A DNA stretch of 53,703 bases from an uncultured Clostridia bacterium (GCA_947625265.1 CANQNM010000002.1:1-53703), one strand, 5' to 3'. Shown: positions 34,938 to 45,387, counted from the first letter of the stretch. The notes: generated from the letters alone by a model not told the origin. Made by a program: numbers and translations.

Positions 34938-35363
34938 ATGGCAAAGAAAATCATGGGCTATGTAAAACTTCAACTGCCCGCGGGCAAAGCACTTCCCGGC
35001 CCCCCTGTCGGACCGGCTCTGGGTCAGTACGGTGTTTCCATTCCCAACTTCACCAAGGATTTCAATGAGAGAACCAAAAGTCAGGCCGGATTGATCATCC
35101 CCGTAGTAATCACGGTGTATGCGGATCGTTCCTTCACTTTTATCACCAAGACTCCTCCCGCCCCTGTGCTGATTAAAAAGGCTCTGGGACTGGAGAGCGC
35201 TTCGGCAAAGCCGAACAAGACCAAGGTTGGCACGCTGACCAAGGCACAGGTAGAAGAGATCGCGAAGATCAAGATGCCGGATCTGAACGCAGCGTCATTG
35301 GAGACTGCTATGAGTATGATTGCCGGAACCGCCCGTTCCATGGGCGTACTGGTTGAGGAATAA
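34938..35363 (+). CDS. rplK: 50S ribosomal protein L11
   Basis: [29 protein letters not shown]. Confidence 0.95.
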   Translation: MAKKIMGYVKLQLPAGKALPGPPVGPALGQYGVSIPNFTKDFNERTKSQAGLIIPVVITVYADRSFTFITKTPPAPVLIKKALGLESASAKPNKTKVGTLTKAQVEEIAKIKMPDLNAASLETAMSMIAGTARSMGVLVEE

Positions 35364-35383
35364 GGGAAGGGAGGATCAGAGAA

Positions 35384-36079
35384 ATGGCTTTTAAAGGAAA
35401 GAGATATCAGGATAGCGTCAAAACCGTCGAAAAAACGAAACTTTACGATCCTTCCGAGGCTTTGGAACTGGTTTGCCGCACAGCGACAGCGAAATTCGAT
35501 GAGACCATTGAGTTGCACGTCCGTTTGGGCGTTGACTCTCGTCACGCCGATCAACAGGTGCGCGGCGCCGTGGTACTGCCCAACGGTACCGGTAAGACCG
35601 TCAGAGTGCTGGCTATCTGTAAAGACAATCGTGTTGAGGAAGCGAAGCAGGCGGGCGCGGATTACGCCGGTTCCACAGAGTATATTGAAAAGATTCAGAA
35701 GGAGAACTGGTTCGATTTCGACGTCATCATCACGTCTCCCGATATGATGGGACAGTTGGGACGTTTGGGTAAGATCCTCGGACCCAAAGGTTTGATGCCG
35801 AACCCCAAAGCGGGCACGGTGACCAATGACATCGCAAGGGGTGTGCACGAGGCGAAGGCCGGTAAGATTGAATACCGTCTGGAGAAGTTCAACATCATTC
35901 ATTGCCCTATCGGCAAGGCGTCCTTTGGCGCGGAGAAACTGAATGAGAACTTCAGCACGCTGATGAGCGCGATCATCAAAGCAAAACCCGCTGCTGCGAA
36001 GGGTCAGTATATCAAGAGTTGCGTTGTCGCTTCTACCATGGGTCCTGGCATCCGTGTGAACAGCGCGAAACTTGGTTGA
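35384..36079 (+). CDS. rplA: 50S ribosomal protein L1
   Basis: 231 aa. ...[22 protein letters not shown]... is typical of L1. Confidence 0.95.
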   Translation: MAFKGKRYQDSVKTVEKTKLYDPSEALELVCRTATAKFDETIELHVRLGVDSRHADQQVRGAVVLPNGTGKTVRVLAICKDNRVEEAKQAGADYAGSTEYIEKIQKENWFDFDVIITSPDMMGQLGRLGKILGPKGLMPNPKAGTVTNDIARGVHEAKAGKIEYRLEKFNIIHCPIGKASFGAEKLNENFSTLMSAIIKAKPAAAKGQYIKSCVVASTMGPGIRVNSAKLG

Positions 36080-36092
36080 TTTTAAAATATTC

Positions 36093-36129
36093 AGGGATCG
36101 TCGCAGGCGCGACGGTCCCTGTTGTCTTG
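36093..36129 (+). terminator. Hairpin terminator after rplA
   Basis: AGGGATCGTCGC-aggc-GCGACGGTCCCT (12-bp stem including one G-U) followed by GTTGTCTTG (weak U tract). Confidence 0.5.
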
Positions 36130-36459
36130 ACAGACGGCCGCCTTGGCCATCCTGCCAATCGGGTATCCCGGTCGTTCCGACGGGTTCAAATCGTCGGCGT
36201 ATTGATTTCTTGGCATTCGATTTTGGCATCGGATTTTGGAAGTTTGATGCCATGATCACAGAGTTTGCCGTTTGCCGGCTTTTCCGGGTATCCGACTCTT
36301 AGGGTGATGGCTGCGGAGGTTTTGCAGCATCAGAACGGAATTTTTCGTTTCATTAACTGTACGGAAAAACAAAAACATCGAACTGGTTTAGGCACAGCAT
36401 GCATAAAATATCCGCGCATAAAAATACGAGCAAAAGCGAAGGACGGATCAACTTTTTTG

Positions 36460-37425
36460 ATGAAAGGCGTGAAATTTCAGATGAATCGGGACAAAAAAAG
36501 CATCAGATCGCTTTACCTGACGCTTTTGTGTTGCCTTCTTGAAGCGTTGGCGGGGCTGTTTGCTCTCTATGCGCTGGATGGAAGCGGCGGATGGTGCCTG
36601 TGCTGCGTACCGCTTTTACAAACGGCGACGGCGCTTTGTATGTTTACGGACAGGGCGAAAAAAAAGCAAATTGAAGAATGTTCCAAGCCCGCTGCCCAAA
36701 AGGTGTATGATATAAAAAAAAGAGAGCGTTCAGTCACTAGATCTTCGGAAAAAACTGCGTCAAAGTCCGATGAACCGCTTCCCCTTTTTACCGCGCCCAC
36801 CCTTGGATCCTGTCTTTATGCGGGAGCGCTGACCGCCTCGTCAATTCTTCTGTCGGCGCCTTTCAGGCTGCTTTCGGATAAACTGCTCGCAAACGCTTCC
36901 TATCGTTCCCTTATCCCCCTGTCGTATATGAGCGGGCCGGTGATGACTGTGTTTGTTCTACTGCTGCTTTGCCCAATTCTTTCGGAACTTTTCCACAGAC
37001 ACCTGCTTCAACCTCGGGTTTTTTCCCTTTTGGGGAAGTGGTCGCTTCCTGCCATGGGCTTGTTTTACGCGCTTTCCTTTCCGCTTCTGAACCGAGTTGC
37101 TGTTTGTTTTTTTTACGGTGTGGCTCTTGCGCGAATTTGTGATAGGACCCACTCCAAACTTCTTTGCTATGTGTGTTCTCTGGTGATGAACCTTCTTTCC
37201 CTCGCCTATCAGTATATGCTTGTGGGAGGACTTTCCGACGGTTCGGCAATGGGGTACAGGGAAATCGCTGGATTGGGACTGATTTTTTGGGCGGTGGCGC
37301 TTTCCACTCTGGGCATCGCCGAAAGTTTTCTGAAAAAGAGAAAACCCAAACTGCCGGAGGCGTGCGTTTGGATTCTGGTCTTTGTTCTTTTGATGGTTTT
37401 GGGCATTGCGCTTGTGGCGCGGTGA
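36460..37425 (+). CDS. Polytopic membrane protein, CPBP (CAAX-protease-like) family candidate
   Basis: C-terminal half carries degenerate CPBP-like motifs (ILSELFHRHLL; HSKLL....MNLLS). The start is uncertain (36460 or 36481; ORF open from 36265), with weak RBSs. Confidence 0.5.
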   Translation: MKGVKFQMNRDKKSIRSLYLTLLCCLLEALAGLFALYALDGSGGWCLCCVPLLQTATALCMFTDRAKKKQIEECSKPAAQKVYDIKKRERSVTRSSEKTASKSDEPLPLFTAPTLGSCLYAGALTASSILLSAPFRLLSDKLLANASYRSLIPLSYMSGPVMTVFVLLLLCPILSELFHRHLLQPRVFSLLGKWSLPAMGLFYALSFPLLNRVAVCFFYGVALARICDRTHSKLLCYVCSLVMNLLSLAYQYMLVGGLSDGSAMGYREIAGLGLIFWAVALSTLGIAESFLKKRKPKLPEACVWILVFVLLMVLGIALVAR

Positions 37426-37467
37426 TCCGAAAGGTTATGCAATTCATTCTGCATTTCTGAAACTGTC

Positions 37468-37491
37468 GCCCGGTTCATGCCGGGCTTTTTT
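37468..37491 (+). terminator. Intrinsic terminator
   Basis: GCCCGG-ttcatg-CCGGGC followed by TTTTTT. Confidence 0.7.
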
Positions 37492-37680
37492 AGGCAGAGG
37501 ATCCCCGAATTGTTTTTTTCTTTGTTCGAACCGTACCGCATAGACTGCTGAACCGATAAAACGTCGAAATGCAAGGATGCAGGAACGGCGCGCACACCGA
37601 AACTGGTTGTACATCGGTACGGGAGGTTCTTTCCGTGTTGGAACAGCAGAACGTGATGAACCGTCGGTCCACGCGGCGAT

Positions 37681-38550
37681 TCAACTTGACAGGATGACCG
37701 TTACAACCTCCGGCCGATTGCAGACACGGGGCGTGAGGTAGGTGTTGCAAAGTCCCCTGCCTACGATGAGTACGTTGTTTTCAAGGATATATTTTCCCCC
37801 CGCGTATTTGGGAAACCATCCTTGCCCCGGAGCGTAAATTCCGTTGTTGAAGGGCGGAAAACGCCACTGTCCGCCGTGACAATGTCCGGACAGAACGAGA
37901 TCAAAGGAACTTTTTCTGAAAAGTTCAACTTCCGGACGGTGGCAGAGGAGAATTGTGTAGCGGTCTCTGGAAACGGTTCCATTAAGAGTTCTGAAATCTT
38001 TATAAAAACTTTTTCCACTGAACGGATCACCCGGCCGAAATCGCGTATAGCGGTTGTCATCCTCGATGCCGAAAAGATCTATGGAACATCCTCTCACGGT
38101 CAAGGTTGTTTTTTCACTTGCAAGGCGGATGATATTGCAGTCCTCAAGGATTTTTTCGAATTCACGGATCTGTTTTTCGGTGGTTTTCGCACCGTATTCA
38201 TGGTTGCCTGAAACATAGAAACAGGAATATTTTTTTCCCAAAAATTTTAAAAGGGAAGCCGCCGCTTCATATTCACCGTGCTCGTCGAAAATGTCGCCGC
38301 ATAGAAGCACCGCGTCGGGGCTTTGCGCCTCCACGGCTGCGATCAGTTCCGACTGCTCTCTGCCGTACATGGAACGGTGAAGATCAGAAAGCATCACCAA
38401 CCGGATTTCTCCCTCAATACGCTCATCCCTTAAAGTGTATCTGACGACTTTCAGCCGCTCGTCGGCACAGGCAAAAAGAAGTGCCAAGGGTATAAGGAGG
38501 AGGGAGAGGGACGGAAGAACCCAACGCAAATTTTTTTTCTCTTTTTTCAA
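37681..38550 (-). CDS. Metallophosphoesterase (calcineurin-like, YkuE-like) with signal/TM anchor
   Basis: Motifs MLSDLH, GDIFDE, GNHE and GHCHGG. 289 aa. Confidence 0.85.
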   Translation of the reverse strand: MKKEKKNLRWVLPSLSLLLIPLALLFACADERLKVVRYTLRDERIEGEIRLVMLSDLHRSMYGREQSELIAAVEAQSPDAVLLCGDIFDEHGEYEAAASLLKFLGKKYSCFYVSGNHEYGAKTTEKQIREFEKILEDCNIIRLASEKTTLTVRGCSIDLFGIEDDNRYTRFRPGDPFSGKSFYKDFRTLNGTVSRDRYTILLCHRPEVELFRKSSFDLVLSGHCHGGQWRFPPFNNGIYAPGQGWFPKYAGGKYILENNVLIVGRGLCNTYLTPRVCNRPEVVTVILSS

Positions 38551-38683
38551 TGCGGAAACTCCTTTTTATAAATTTCCTTCCAAAAAATAAATCTCTTTGC
38601 CTGAGAGTAAGTTATGCGTTCGTCTTGAACATTCACATCGGGTATTTATGGCGGGCATGAAATACTCGATTCACGCCGCCTTA

Positions 38684-38845
38684 GACAAAAATTCGCTTGC
38701 CGGAAACTGCTGTGCACTCCATGGGGAGATTTTTCAGGTGATTTTCTGTGCGAGAAGGCAGTTTTGCGGCGCAAGGCGGCGACGAAAATCAGAAAAGTGC
38801 CGGAACGGTTCATCTAAAACGACTTTGGTTCGACGCCCGTCATTT
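38684..38845 (+). repeat. Dispersed repeat family R4, copy 1
   Basis: Aligns to 53337..53497 in the same orientation. The first ~65 nt are roughly 80% identical by eye (AAACTGCTGYGCACTYCAYGGGGAGA.TTTTC..TGATTTTCTGT), and the 3' end has the shared TTGGTTCGAC.CCCG. Confidence 0.8.
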
Positions 38846-38860
38846 TAGGAAAAAAAGTTC

Positions 38861-38965
38861 GTAGGAAATACTTTCTGTATTTTCAAGGACTTTTTTGCCG
38901 TATGGGAAAAAATCCGCCGCCGCAAACCGGTTCCGGTTCTCCTCCGATTACCTTAAATATATATG
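38861..38965 (+). repeat. Dispersed repeat family R5, copy 1
   Basis: Matches the reverse complement of 53226..53325 (AGGAAATACTTTC.GTATTTTCAAGG...AAAATCCGCCGCCGCAAACCG..TCCGGTTC). Confidence 0.8.
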
Positions 38966-39052
38966 CTCAAAGATTCTGTTTATTGCTTTAGGGGACTGCC
39001 GCAAATTTTTACGACAGTCCCCCACGGTATTTGTCTGCACTTTTCGATGCTT

Positions 39053-40270
39053 TCAGTCTTTGCTGCCCGCTGCGGCGTCCTCTTCTTCCATCTCGGCCCT
39101 GGCCTTGATGAAGCACTGGACGGCAAAATCCAAATCCTCTTTCGTGTGTGCAGCGGAAACCTGTGTACGAATTCTTGCTTTGCCCTTGGGAACCACGGGA
39201 TAGGTGAAGGACACGGCATAAATCCCCAGTTTATACAACTTCTCTGCCATTCTGGCCGCCTTATGCTCGTCATAAAGCATGATCGGGACACAGGGATGGG
39301 TGCCGGGAATAATGTCGAAGCCGGCATCTTCCAGCGCTTTTCTATAGCCTACCACGATACTTTCGAGATAGTCTCTTCTGGAAGTATCCTTTTCAAGCAT
39401 CTCAAGAGTTGCAAGTGTTCCAGCGGCAATGGCCGGAGTGAGCGTGTTGGAGAAGAGGTAGGGACGGGATCTCTGGCGAAGCAGATCAATAATTTCTTTT
39501 TTACCGGTGGTGAAGCCGCCGGAGGCACCGCCCAGGGCCTTTCCGAAGGTTCCGGTGATCACGTCAACCCTTCCCATTACACCGCAATAATCTGTGGTTC
39601 CTCTTCCTCTTTTGCCCACGAATCCGGAGGCATGGGAGTCGTCCACCATGACGAGAGCGTTGTATTTGTCTGCCAGATCACAAACGCCCTTCAGGTTGCA
39701 AATGATGCCGTCCATGGAGAACACACCGTCAGTGGCGATCATTTTGATGCGCGCACCATCGGCATCCGCCTGCTTGAGTTGCTCCTCAAGAGCCTCCATG
39801 TCGTTGTTCTTGTATCTGTATCTTTTTGCCTTGCAAAGTCTTACGCCGTCGATGATCGAGGCATGGTTGAGTTCATCCGAAATGATGGCGTCCTCCGCAG
39901 TGAGCAGCGTCTCAAAGAGTCCGCCGTTGGCGTCAAAGCAGGAGGAATAGAGAATGGTGTCCTCAGTTTCAAAGAATTCCGCAACTTTTTTCTCCAGTTG
40001 CTTGTGAATATCCTGTGTCCCACAGATGAAGCGTACTGAGGCAAGTCCATAGCCGTATTTGTCGTAAGCGTCTTTGGCCGCCTCCACCAGTTCAGGATTG
40101 TCGGCAAGTCCCAGGTAGTTGTTTGCACACATGTTGATAAGTTCCTTGCCGTCGGCAATGATGTGCGCCGACTGAGGGGTAACGATAATGCGCTCGTTTT
40201 TCTGCACGCCGGAGGCCTTGATGCCTTCCAACGTTTCACGGTAGTATGCGTATACTTCATTCTTGTTCAT
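39053..40270 (-). CDS. kbl: Glycine C-acetyltransferase (2-amino-3-ketobutyrate CoA ligase)
   Basis: Alpha-oxoamine synthase family. PLP-lysine region [12 protein letters not shown]. Paired with tdh immediately upstream. Confidence 0.88.
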   Translation of the reverse strand: MNKNEVYAYYRETLEGIKASGVQKNERIIVTPQSAHIIADGKELINMCANNYLGLADNPELVEAAKDAYDKYGYGLASVRFICGTQDIHKQLEKKVAEFFETEDTILYSSCFDANGGLFETLLTAEDAIISDELNHASIIDGVRLCKAKRYRYKNNDMEALEEQLKQADADGARIKMIATDGVFSMDGIICNLKGVCDLADKYNALVMVDDSHASGFVGKRGRGTTDYCGVMGRVDVITGTFGKALGGASGGFTTGKKEIIDLLRQRSRPYLFSNTLTPAIAAGTLATLEMLEKDTSRRDYLESIVVGYRKALEDAGFDIIPGTHPCVPIMLYDEHKAARMAEKLYKLGIYAVSFTYPVVPKGKARIRTQVSAAHTKEDLDFAVQCFIKARAEMEEEDAAAGSKD

Positions 40271-40290
40271 GGGAATACATCCTTTCAAAT

Positions 40291-41346
40291 TTATTGGTCG
40301 TTGATGTCAGACCAGTCAAGAATTACCTTGCCGGACTGACCGGAAATCATGGCGTCAAACCCCTTCTGGTAGTCCTTAATGGAGAACCGGTGGGTGACGA
40401 TCTTTTCAAGCGGGAATCCCGCTTCCACCATGGCGGTCATCTTGTACCATGTCTCATACATCTCTCTGCCGTAGATGCCTTTGATCTTCAGCCCATTCCA
40501 AATGATGGTGTTGATGGGCACTTCGGTCATATTGCGTCCCTGAATGCCTAAAAGGGCGATTCTCCCGCCGTTGGCCATGGAATTGATCAATTGGTTCAGC
40601 GCGAAGCGGTTCCCCGACATCTCCATGCCCACATCAAAACCTTCAAGGATACCCAGTTCTTTCATAACTTTACTCAGATCTTCTTTTCCGGTATTGACGG
40701 CGGTCAGTCCAAAGGTTTTCGCCAAATCCAGGCGGTAGTCGTTCAGATCGGTGATCACCACGTTTCTCGCTCCTGCGAACTTCGCAATGGCGGCGGCCAT
40801 GATGCCAATGGGGCCGGCGCCTGTGACCAGCACGTCTTCTCCCAGGGTTTCGAAGGAAAGCGCCGTGTGGGTGGCGTTGCCGAAAGGATCAAAAATGGAA
40901 TACAGTTCCTCCGGAATCTTTTTCGAGCAGTGAATGACATTGGAGGCGGGAATCACCAGATATTCGGCAAAGGCGCCGTTGCGGTTGACGCCCACACCCT
41001 TGGTGGCGCGGCAAAGATGGCCCTTTCCGGCGCGACAGTTGCGGCAGGTGCCGCAAACGATGTGTCCCTCGCCTGAAACGATGTCACCGACTTTGGCGGA
41101 AGTGACGTTCTTGCCGACTTCCACGATTTCACCCACGTATTCATGCCCGGCGGTGGTGCCTAATTTGATGGTTTCCTGCGCCCATTCGTTCCAGTCGTAG
41201 ATATGTACGTCGGTGCCGCAGATCGCGGTTTTGTGAATTTTAATCTTCACGTCGTTATCCGAAACCTCAGGGATTTCCACTCTTTTCATCGTCAGACCCT
41301 TTTCAGGTTTATCCTTTACAAGGGCCCACATGGTTTGACTGCTCAT
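40291..41346 (-). CDS. tdh: L-threonine 3-dehydrogenase (Zn-dependent MDR)
   Basis: [21 protein letters not shown], structural-Zn cysteines [10 protein letters not shown], Rossmann motif VTGAGPIG. tdh-kbl synteny. Confidence 0.9.
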   Translation of the reverse strand: MSSQTMWALVKDKPEKGLTMKRVEIPEVSDNDVKIKIHKTAICGTDVHIYDWNEWAQETIKLGTTAGHEYVGEIVEVGKNVTSAKVGDIVSGEGHIVCGTCRNCRAGKGHLCRATKGVGVNRNGAFAEYLVIPASNVIHCSKKIPEELYSIFDPFGNATHTALSFETLGEDVLVTGAGPIGIMAAAIAKFAGARNVVITDLNDYRLDLAKTFGLTAVNTGKEDLSKVMKELGILEGFDVGMEMSGNRFALNQLINSMANGGRIALLGIQGRNMTEVPINTIIWNGLKIKGIYGREMYETWYKMTAMVEAGFPLEKIVTHRFSIKDYQKGFDAMISGQSGKVILDWSDINDQ

Positions 41347-41421
41347 AGCAAAACACTCCTTGTTCCGATTATATTTTATGCCGGTTCACCGTCCGGCATT
41401 CCGCAAATTGCTGACGGTAGC

Positions 41422-41450
41422 ATTATACACCACTCCTATGTAGAATTCAA
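41422..41450 (-). promoter_or_regulatory. Promoter of the tdh-kbl operon
   Basis: On the minus strand: TTGAAT, 17 nt, TGt-TATAAT, about 70 nt upstream of the tdh ATG. Confidence 0.6.
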
Positions 41451-41684
41451 GAGCAATTGAAAATTTTTTTGTTTTCGGGATTGAATGCCCTTTCATTCTT
41501 CCGTATGTCCATCTGTTTTTGTCGTCAATTCGGTTCTTCAGGTTTTTACGGAAAGGCAAATCCGAAAGATTGGAACGGCGTTTCCCCTCAACAGCTAGAC
41601 AACGATTGTAAAATGTCTCTGGAAATCCTGGAAAAACTCCTGACCGTGCCTGTCAAAAAAAGCGAAAACTGTACGGAAAGATTT

Positions 41685-41730
41685 TCAAAAGAGTACCGGA
41701 CGGAAACTTTCAAAAGAGTTTCCGCCCGGT
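41685..41730 (-). terminator. Probable terminator after copA
   Basis: 13-bp imperfect stem (CCGGGCGGAAACT / AGTTTCCGTCCGG on the minus strand) followed by TACTCTTTTG. Confidence 0.5.
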
Positions 41731-41736
41731 GCGCGG

Positions 41737-44199
41737 TTAGTCTATTCCAATGACCTTATATCCCTGATCCTCTACGATTTTTTTCAGTTCATCATCGGTG
41801 ATTCCCGGCTTCACTGTAACTTTCGCTGTACCGCTTTTGTGGTCTACCGCGGCATTTTCCACGTTTTTCGACGATTCCAGCGCCTGTTTGACCCGCGCTT
41901 CGCAATGCCCGCACATCATTCCCTCAATTTTCATCGTTTTTTCCATGATTTCGTTCTCCTTTTTTTGCTTTTCTATTTTTTTTCGGTTTGGTCTGCCGAT
42001 TTTACGGTTGGTGTTTTTGGAACGGTATATTTTACAGAGATTCAATCGCAGGGCGTTGGTTACCACGCAGAAGGAGGATAGACTCATGGCTGCCGCTCCA
42101 AACATGGGATTCATTTCAAAACCGAGCAGAGAAATGAAAACTCCTGCCGCAAGTGGAATGCCGATCACGTTGTAGATGAACGCCCAAAAAAGATTTTCCC
42201 GAATGTTTCGGAGAGTTGCCCGTCCCAGACGGATGGCGGCGGGCACGTCGCGCAGTCTGCTTTTCATCAGCACGACGTCCGCTGCGTCGATGGCGATATC
42301 GGTGCCGGCGCCGATGGCGATACCGATGTGCGCGCTTGTAAGTGCGGGCGCGTCATTGATGCCGTCCCCTACCATTATGACTTTTCCTTCTTTTTTCAGT
42401 TCCCGAATTACATGGCCCATGTCTTTCAGTTCCGAAACCGCGCCGATGCTGTCGTCTTTCAGCACATCCGCTACGGCGATAATCCCCATAAGCGTTTTGT
42501 TACGGACGAAGAACAGCGGTGTTTTTCCTTCTTCGGACAGTTCTTTCGCCCGTAGATTCATATCTTCGGGAATTTCCGTTTTCGTGCTTACGAAGGTAAG
42601 GTTTCCGCCGAACAGCGGAACTTCGCCGAGACGCGCGGAAAGTCCGTTGCCGGGAAGCGCCTGAAATTCCGAAATCTCTTCGGGCGCAAGTCCCTGCTCC
42701 TCTGCCTTTTTGCGTACCGCCCGGGAGAGCGGGTGTTCGCTTTTGCTTTCCAGAGTATAAGCGAATTGCAGAAGTTCTTTTTGCGTAACGCCGGGACACG
42801 GCAGAAGATCCGTTACCAACGGCTCGCCTTTTGTAACGGTGCCGGTTTTATCTAAAACCACGATGTCGGTTCTCCCTGTTTCCTCAAGAGCGGCGGCGGT
42901 TTTAAAAAGGATTCCGTTCCTCGCGCCTACGCCGCTCCCCACCATGATGGCTACGGGCGTCGCCAACCCCAGCGCGCAGGGACAACTGATCACCAGCACA
43001 GAGATCCCCCGCGCAAGAGCGAATCCCAAACTTCTGCCCATCGCCAACCACACGGTTGCTGTGAGGAGCGCGATTCCGATAACCGCCGGAACAAAGATGC
43101 CGGATATTCGATCGGCGATCTTCGCAATGGGTGCTTTGGTGGCCGCGGCGTCGCTGACCATTTCAATAATTTTGGAAAGAGCCGTATCCTCACCTACTTT
43201 TGATGCCATGCAGCGGATATAGCCCGATTGATTGACGGTTCCGGCGCACACCTGATCTCCTGCCGCTTTATCCACCGGAATGCTTTCTCCTGTCAGCGCA
43301 GATTCGTCAACGGCACTGTTTCCTTCGAGAACGGTTCCGTCCACCGGTATATTTTCGCCCGGCCGCACCGCAAAAATATCCCCCTTTTTCACTTCCTCCA
43401 CCGGTACTGTGATCTCTCCGTTTTCCCGAAGCAGCACGGCGGTCTTTGGAGCCAGTTTCATCAGTCCCTTGAGCGCGTCGGTGGTTTTGCCTTTGGAGTG
43501 TGCCTCAAGCATTTTCCCCAGGGTGATCAGCGACAGAATCATGGCGGCCGATTCGAAATAAAGTTCATGGAGATAGTGCGCCGCCTGAGCAGTGTTTCCG
43601 GCTTTCAACGCTCCGGTCATTCCGAAGAGCGCCAACGTGCTGTAAAGAAACGCCGCGGATGAACCCAGCGCCACCAGGGTGTCCATATTGGGCGCGCGGT
43701 GCACGATACCCTTGAAACCGTTTGTGAAAAATTTGCGGTTGATTACCATGATGGCTACGGTAAGCAACAGTTCTGTAAGTCCGACGGCCATGGGATTTCC
43801 GTCGAAAAAGGGGGGCAGGGGCCAGTTCCACATGGTGTGCCCCATGGAAAAATACATGAGAACTACAAGAAATCCCAGAGAGGAAATCAGTCGGCGTTTT
43901 AGAATTGGGGTTTCCCTATCGCGCAAAGGGTCGTTTTCATCAGACTTTGAGACGTTTTTTGTCCGCTCCTTGCTTTTTTTGGAAGCATCGTAGCCTGCTC
44001 GACGTACCGCGTCAATGATTTCGCCGGGAGTTGCCGTTCCTTCCACCGCCATGGAGTTGGTCAGAAGACTTACCGAGCAGGATGTCACGCCTTTTACGCC
44101 GGATACGGCCTTTTCCACTCGGGCGCTGCACGCGGCGCAGTTCATTCCGATTACCGTATATTGTTCCATCATTTCATCTCCTTTTTTGGGTTGTTTCAA
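41737..44199 (-). CDS. copA: Copper-translocating P1B-type ATPase, atypical (TGDN region missing; extra C-terminal HMA domain)
   Basis: N-terminal [24 protein letters not shown] ([11 protein letters not shown]), [13 protein letters not shown]. The segment between ...ELKDMG and [12 protein letters not shown] that normally holds M(L/I)TGDN is absent. The C-terminal 69 aa form a second HMA ([11 protein letters not shown]). ATGA overlap with csoR. Confidence 0.85.
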   Translation of the reverse strand: MKQPKKGDEMMEQYTVIGMNCAACSARVEKAVSGVKGVTSCSVSLLTNSMAVEGTATPGEIIDAVRRAGYDASKKSKERTKNVSKSDENDPLRDRETPILKRRLISSLGFLVVLMYFSMGHTMWNWPLPPFFDGNPMAVGLTELLLTVAIMVINRKFFTNGFKGIVHRAPNMDTLVALGSSAAFLYSTLALFGMTGALKAGNTAQAAHYLHELYFESAAMILSLITLGKMLEAHSKGKTTDALKGLMKLAPKTAVLLRENGEITVPVEEVKKGDIFAVRPGENIPVDGTVLEGNSAVDESALTGESIPVDKAAGDQVCAGTVNQSGYIRCMASKVGEDTALSKIIEMVSDAAATKAPIAKIADRISGIFVPAVIGIALLTATVWLAMGRSLGFALARGISVLVISCPCALGLATPVAIMVGSGVGARNGILFKTAAALEETGRTDIVVLDKTGTVTKGEPLVTDLLPCPGVTQKELLQFAYTLESKSEHPLSRAVRKKAEEQGLAPEEISEFQALPGNGLSARLGEVPLFGGNLTFVSTKTEIPEDMNLRAKELSEEGKTPLFFVRNKTLMGIIAVADVLKDDSIGAVSELKDMGHVIRELKKEGKVIMVGDGINDAPALTSAHIGIAIGAGTDIAIDAADVVLMKSRLRDVPAAIRLGRATLRNIRENLFWAFIYNVIGIPLAAGVFISLLGFEMNPMFGAAAMSLSSFCVVTNALRLNLCKIYRSKNTNRKIGRPNRKKIEKQKKENEIMEKTMKIEGMMCGHCEARVKQALESSKNVENAAVDHKSGTAKVTVKPGITDDELKKIVEDQGYKVIGID

Positions 44200-44504
44200 C
44201 GCATCAGTTTTTGGAGAACGGTTACCAGTTCATCAATCACATCGTCGTTTCCTTCTTTCAAATCACGGGTGACGCAGCCGCGCAGGTGATTGGCGATGAG
44301 ATCCTTGTTGAAGGAATTGATGGCGGCGTTGGCGGCAGCAGATTGGATCAAAATGTCGGCACAGTAGGCGTCTTTTTCCACCATTCCCCGAATGCCTCGA
44401 ATCTGTCCCTCAATCCGGTTCAGGCGGTGGATCAGTCTTTTGCGTTCCTCTTCAGTGCGGACGGTGGTTTTTTCACAGTATGCACAGTGTTTTTCTTTCT
44501 TCAT
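44196..44504 (-). CDS. csoR: CsoR-family copper-sensing transcriptional repressor
   Basis: 102 aa. [28 protein letters not shown]...H..C matches the CsoR/RcnR (DUF156) pattern. Confidence 0.88.
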   Translation of the reverse strand: MKKEKHCAYCEKTTVRTEEERKRLIHRLNRIEGQIRGIRGMVEKDAYCADILIQSAAANAAINSFNKDLIANHLRGCVTRDLKEGNDDVIDELVTVLQKLMR

Positions 44505-44758
44505 AGCAGCGGTTCCTTCCGGTCTGAAACAGAACAGATTTTCGGCCGGTGTCTTTTTTCGGCGAAAATGTTCGGAATGCAGGCAAAAAATGTTTTTAAG
44601 CGGTACACGCCCCCGAAACCCGTATACGGATCGAAAGACGAAAAGTCAAACGTTCACGTCGTCGGGTGCGTTTCCTTTTTGCGTTTTACAGGGATTTTAC
44701 GTTTCTTCTTTGCCTGTTCGTATTCCCGTGTCTTTATATGTTTGTCAGGCACATTGTG

Positions 44759-44788
44759 ATTGTATACCCCATACGGGTATATGTCAAG
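44759..44788 (-). promoter_or_regulatory. csoR-copA promoter with an embedded CsoR-type operator
   Basis: On the minus strand: TTGACA, 17 nt, TACAAT. The spacer holds the palindrome TATACCC-gtatg-GGGTATA (44763-44781). Confidence 0.6.
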
Positions 44789-45387
44789 AGAAAAATCAAA
44801 AAAATTCAGAGAAAAATCGGAAATCTTTCGAAACATCGGTCGTCATTTGAACAAGAATCAAAAGTTGAAATGAGCACATGTTTCTGTCATGAAACCGCCC
44901 TTGCACAGTTTTCGTGTTCACGAGCAAAAAACCGCGCAAAGAAGGTAAAACGGAAAAAATTCGGTGGAACCCGATTCATTCAAATCCGGGGATTTAGATG
45001 AACGCGCAAAGGATACGGTGCACGGGAGAATATGGGCATAAGAGAGGTTGGCGGAATATGCATACAAAAAGTATGGCTGAAAAGAAGGCGTTCTATTGCG
45101 TCGTACAAGAGGAAGAACGTGTTTTAAAGGAGGAAATCGCCATAAAAGTTATAAAAATACGGGCAAAAAATACAAAACTTGCACGGACGCAAAAAAACAG
45201 GATAGGAAAAAGCAGAGAAACAAAGGGAAGAAAAACAAAAAAGAGCGTAACGAAGAAAAATTTGGTGCACAACGGGAGAAAACACGCAAAAAGAATAAAA
45301 AGGGAAAAAAGAACGTAGAAACGAAAAAACTGTGAACAGGGAAGTAAAAAACGGGGATCTGCAAATTTTCAAAAAAGGAAAAAGGCC

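Noticed and set aside
35081-36259. A 392-aa ORF on the minus strand, along with many other 200-350-aa ORFs (for example 22953..24008, 38963..40039, 20498..21385, 46256..47140 and 51604..52362).
   Set aside because: Each lies antisense to a gene with clear family motifs (here rplK/rplA). None has an RBS or recognisable motifs, and their composition is odd (R/S/G/P-rich). Long antisense ORFs are expected at this GC content.
38821-38845. R4 as a tRNA- or tmRNA-derived gene, suggested by its GGTTCGAC T-loop-like 3' end (also at 53481-53497).
   Set aside because: The flanking bases do not form a T stem or acceptor stem and there is no CCA-proximal helix. The rest of R4 has no cloverleaf or tmRNA-like features.
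38684-38965. An invertase-driven promoter switch (inverton), suggested by the flipped R4/R5 arrangement.
   Set aside because: No inverted repeats flank either module and no recombinase gene is nearby. The two loci are diverged copies (about 75-80% identity by eye) and not two states of one locus.
44998-45318. A 106-aa lysine/arginine-rich ORF.
   Set aside because: It is a translation of the A-rich low-complexity tract. It has no RBS and no domain-like sequence.
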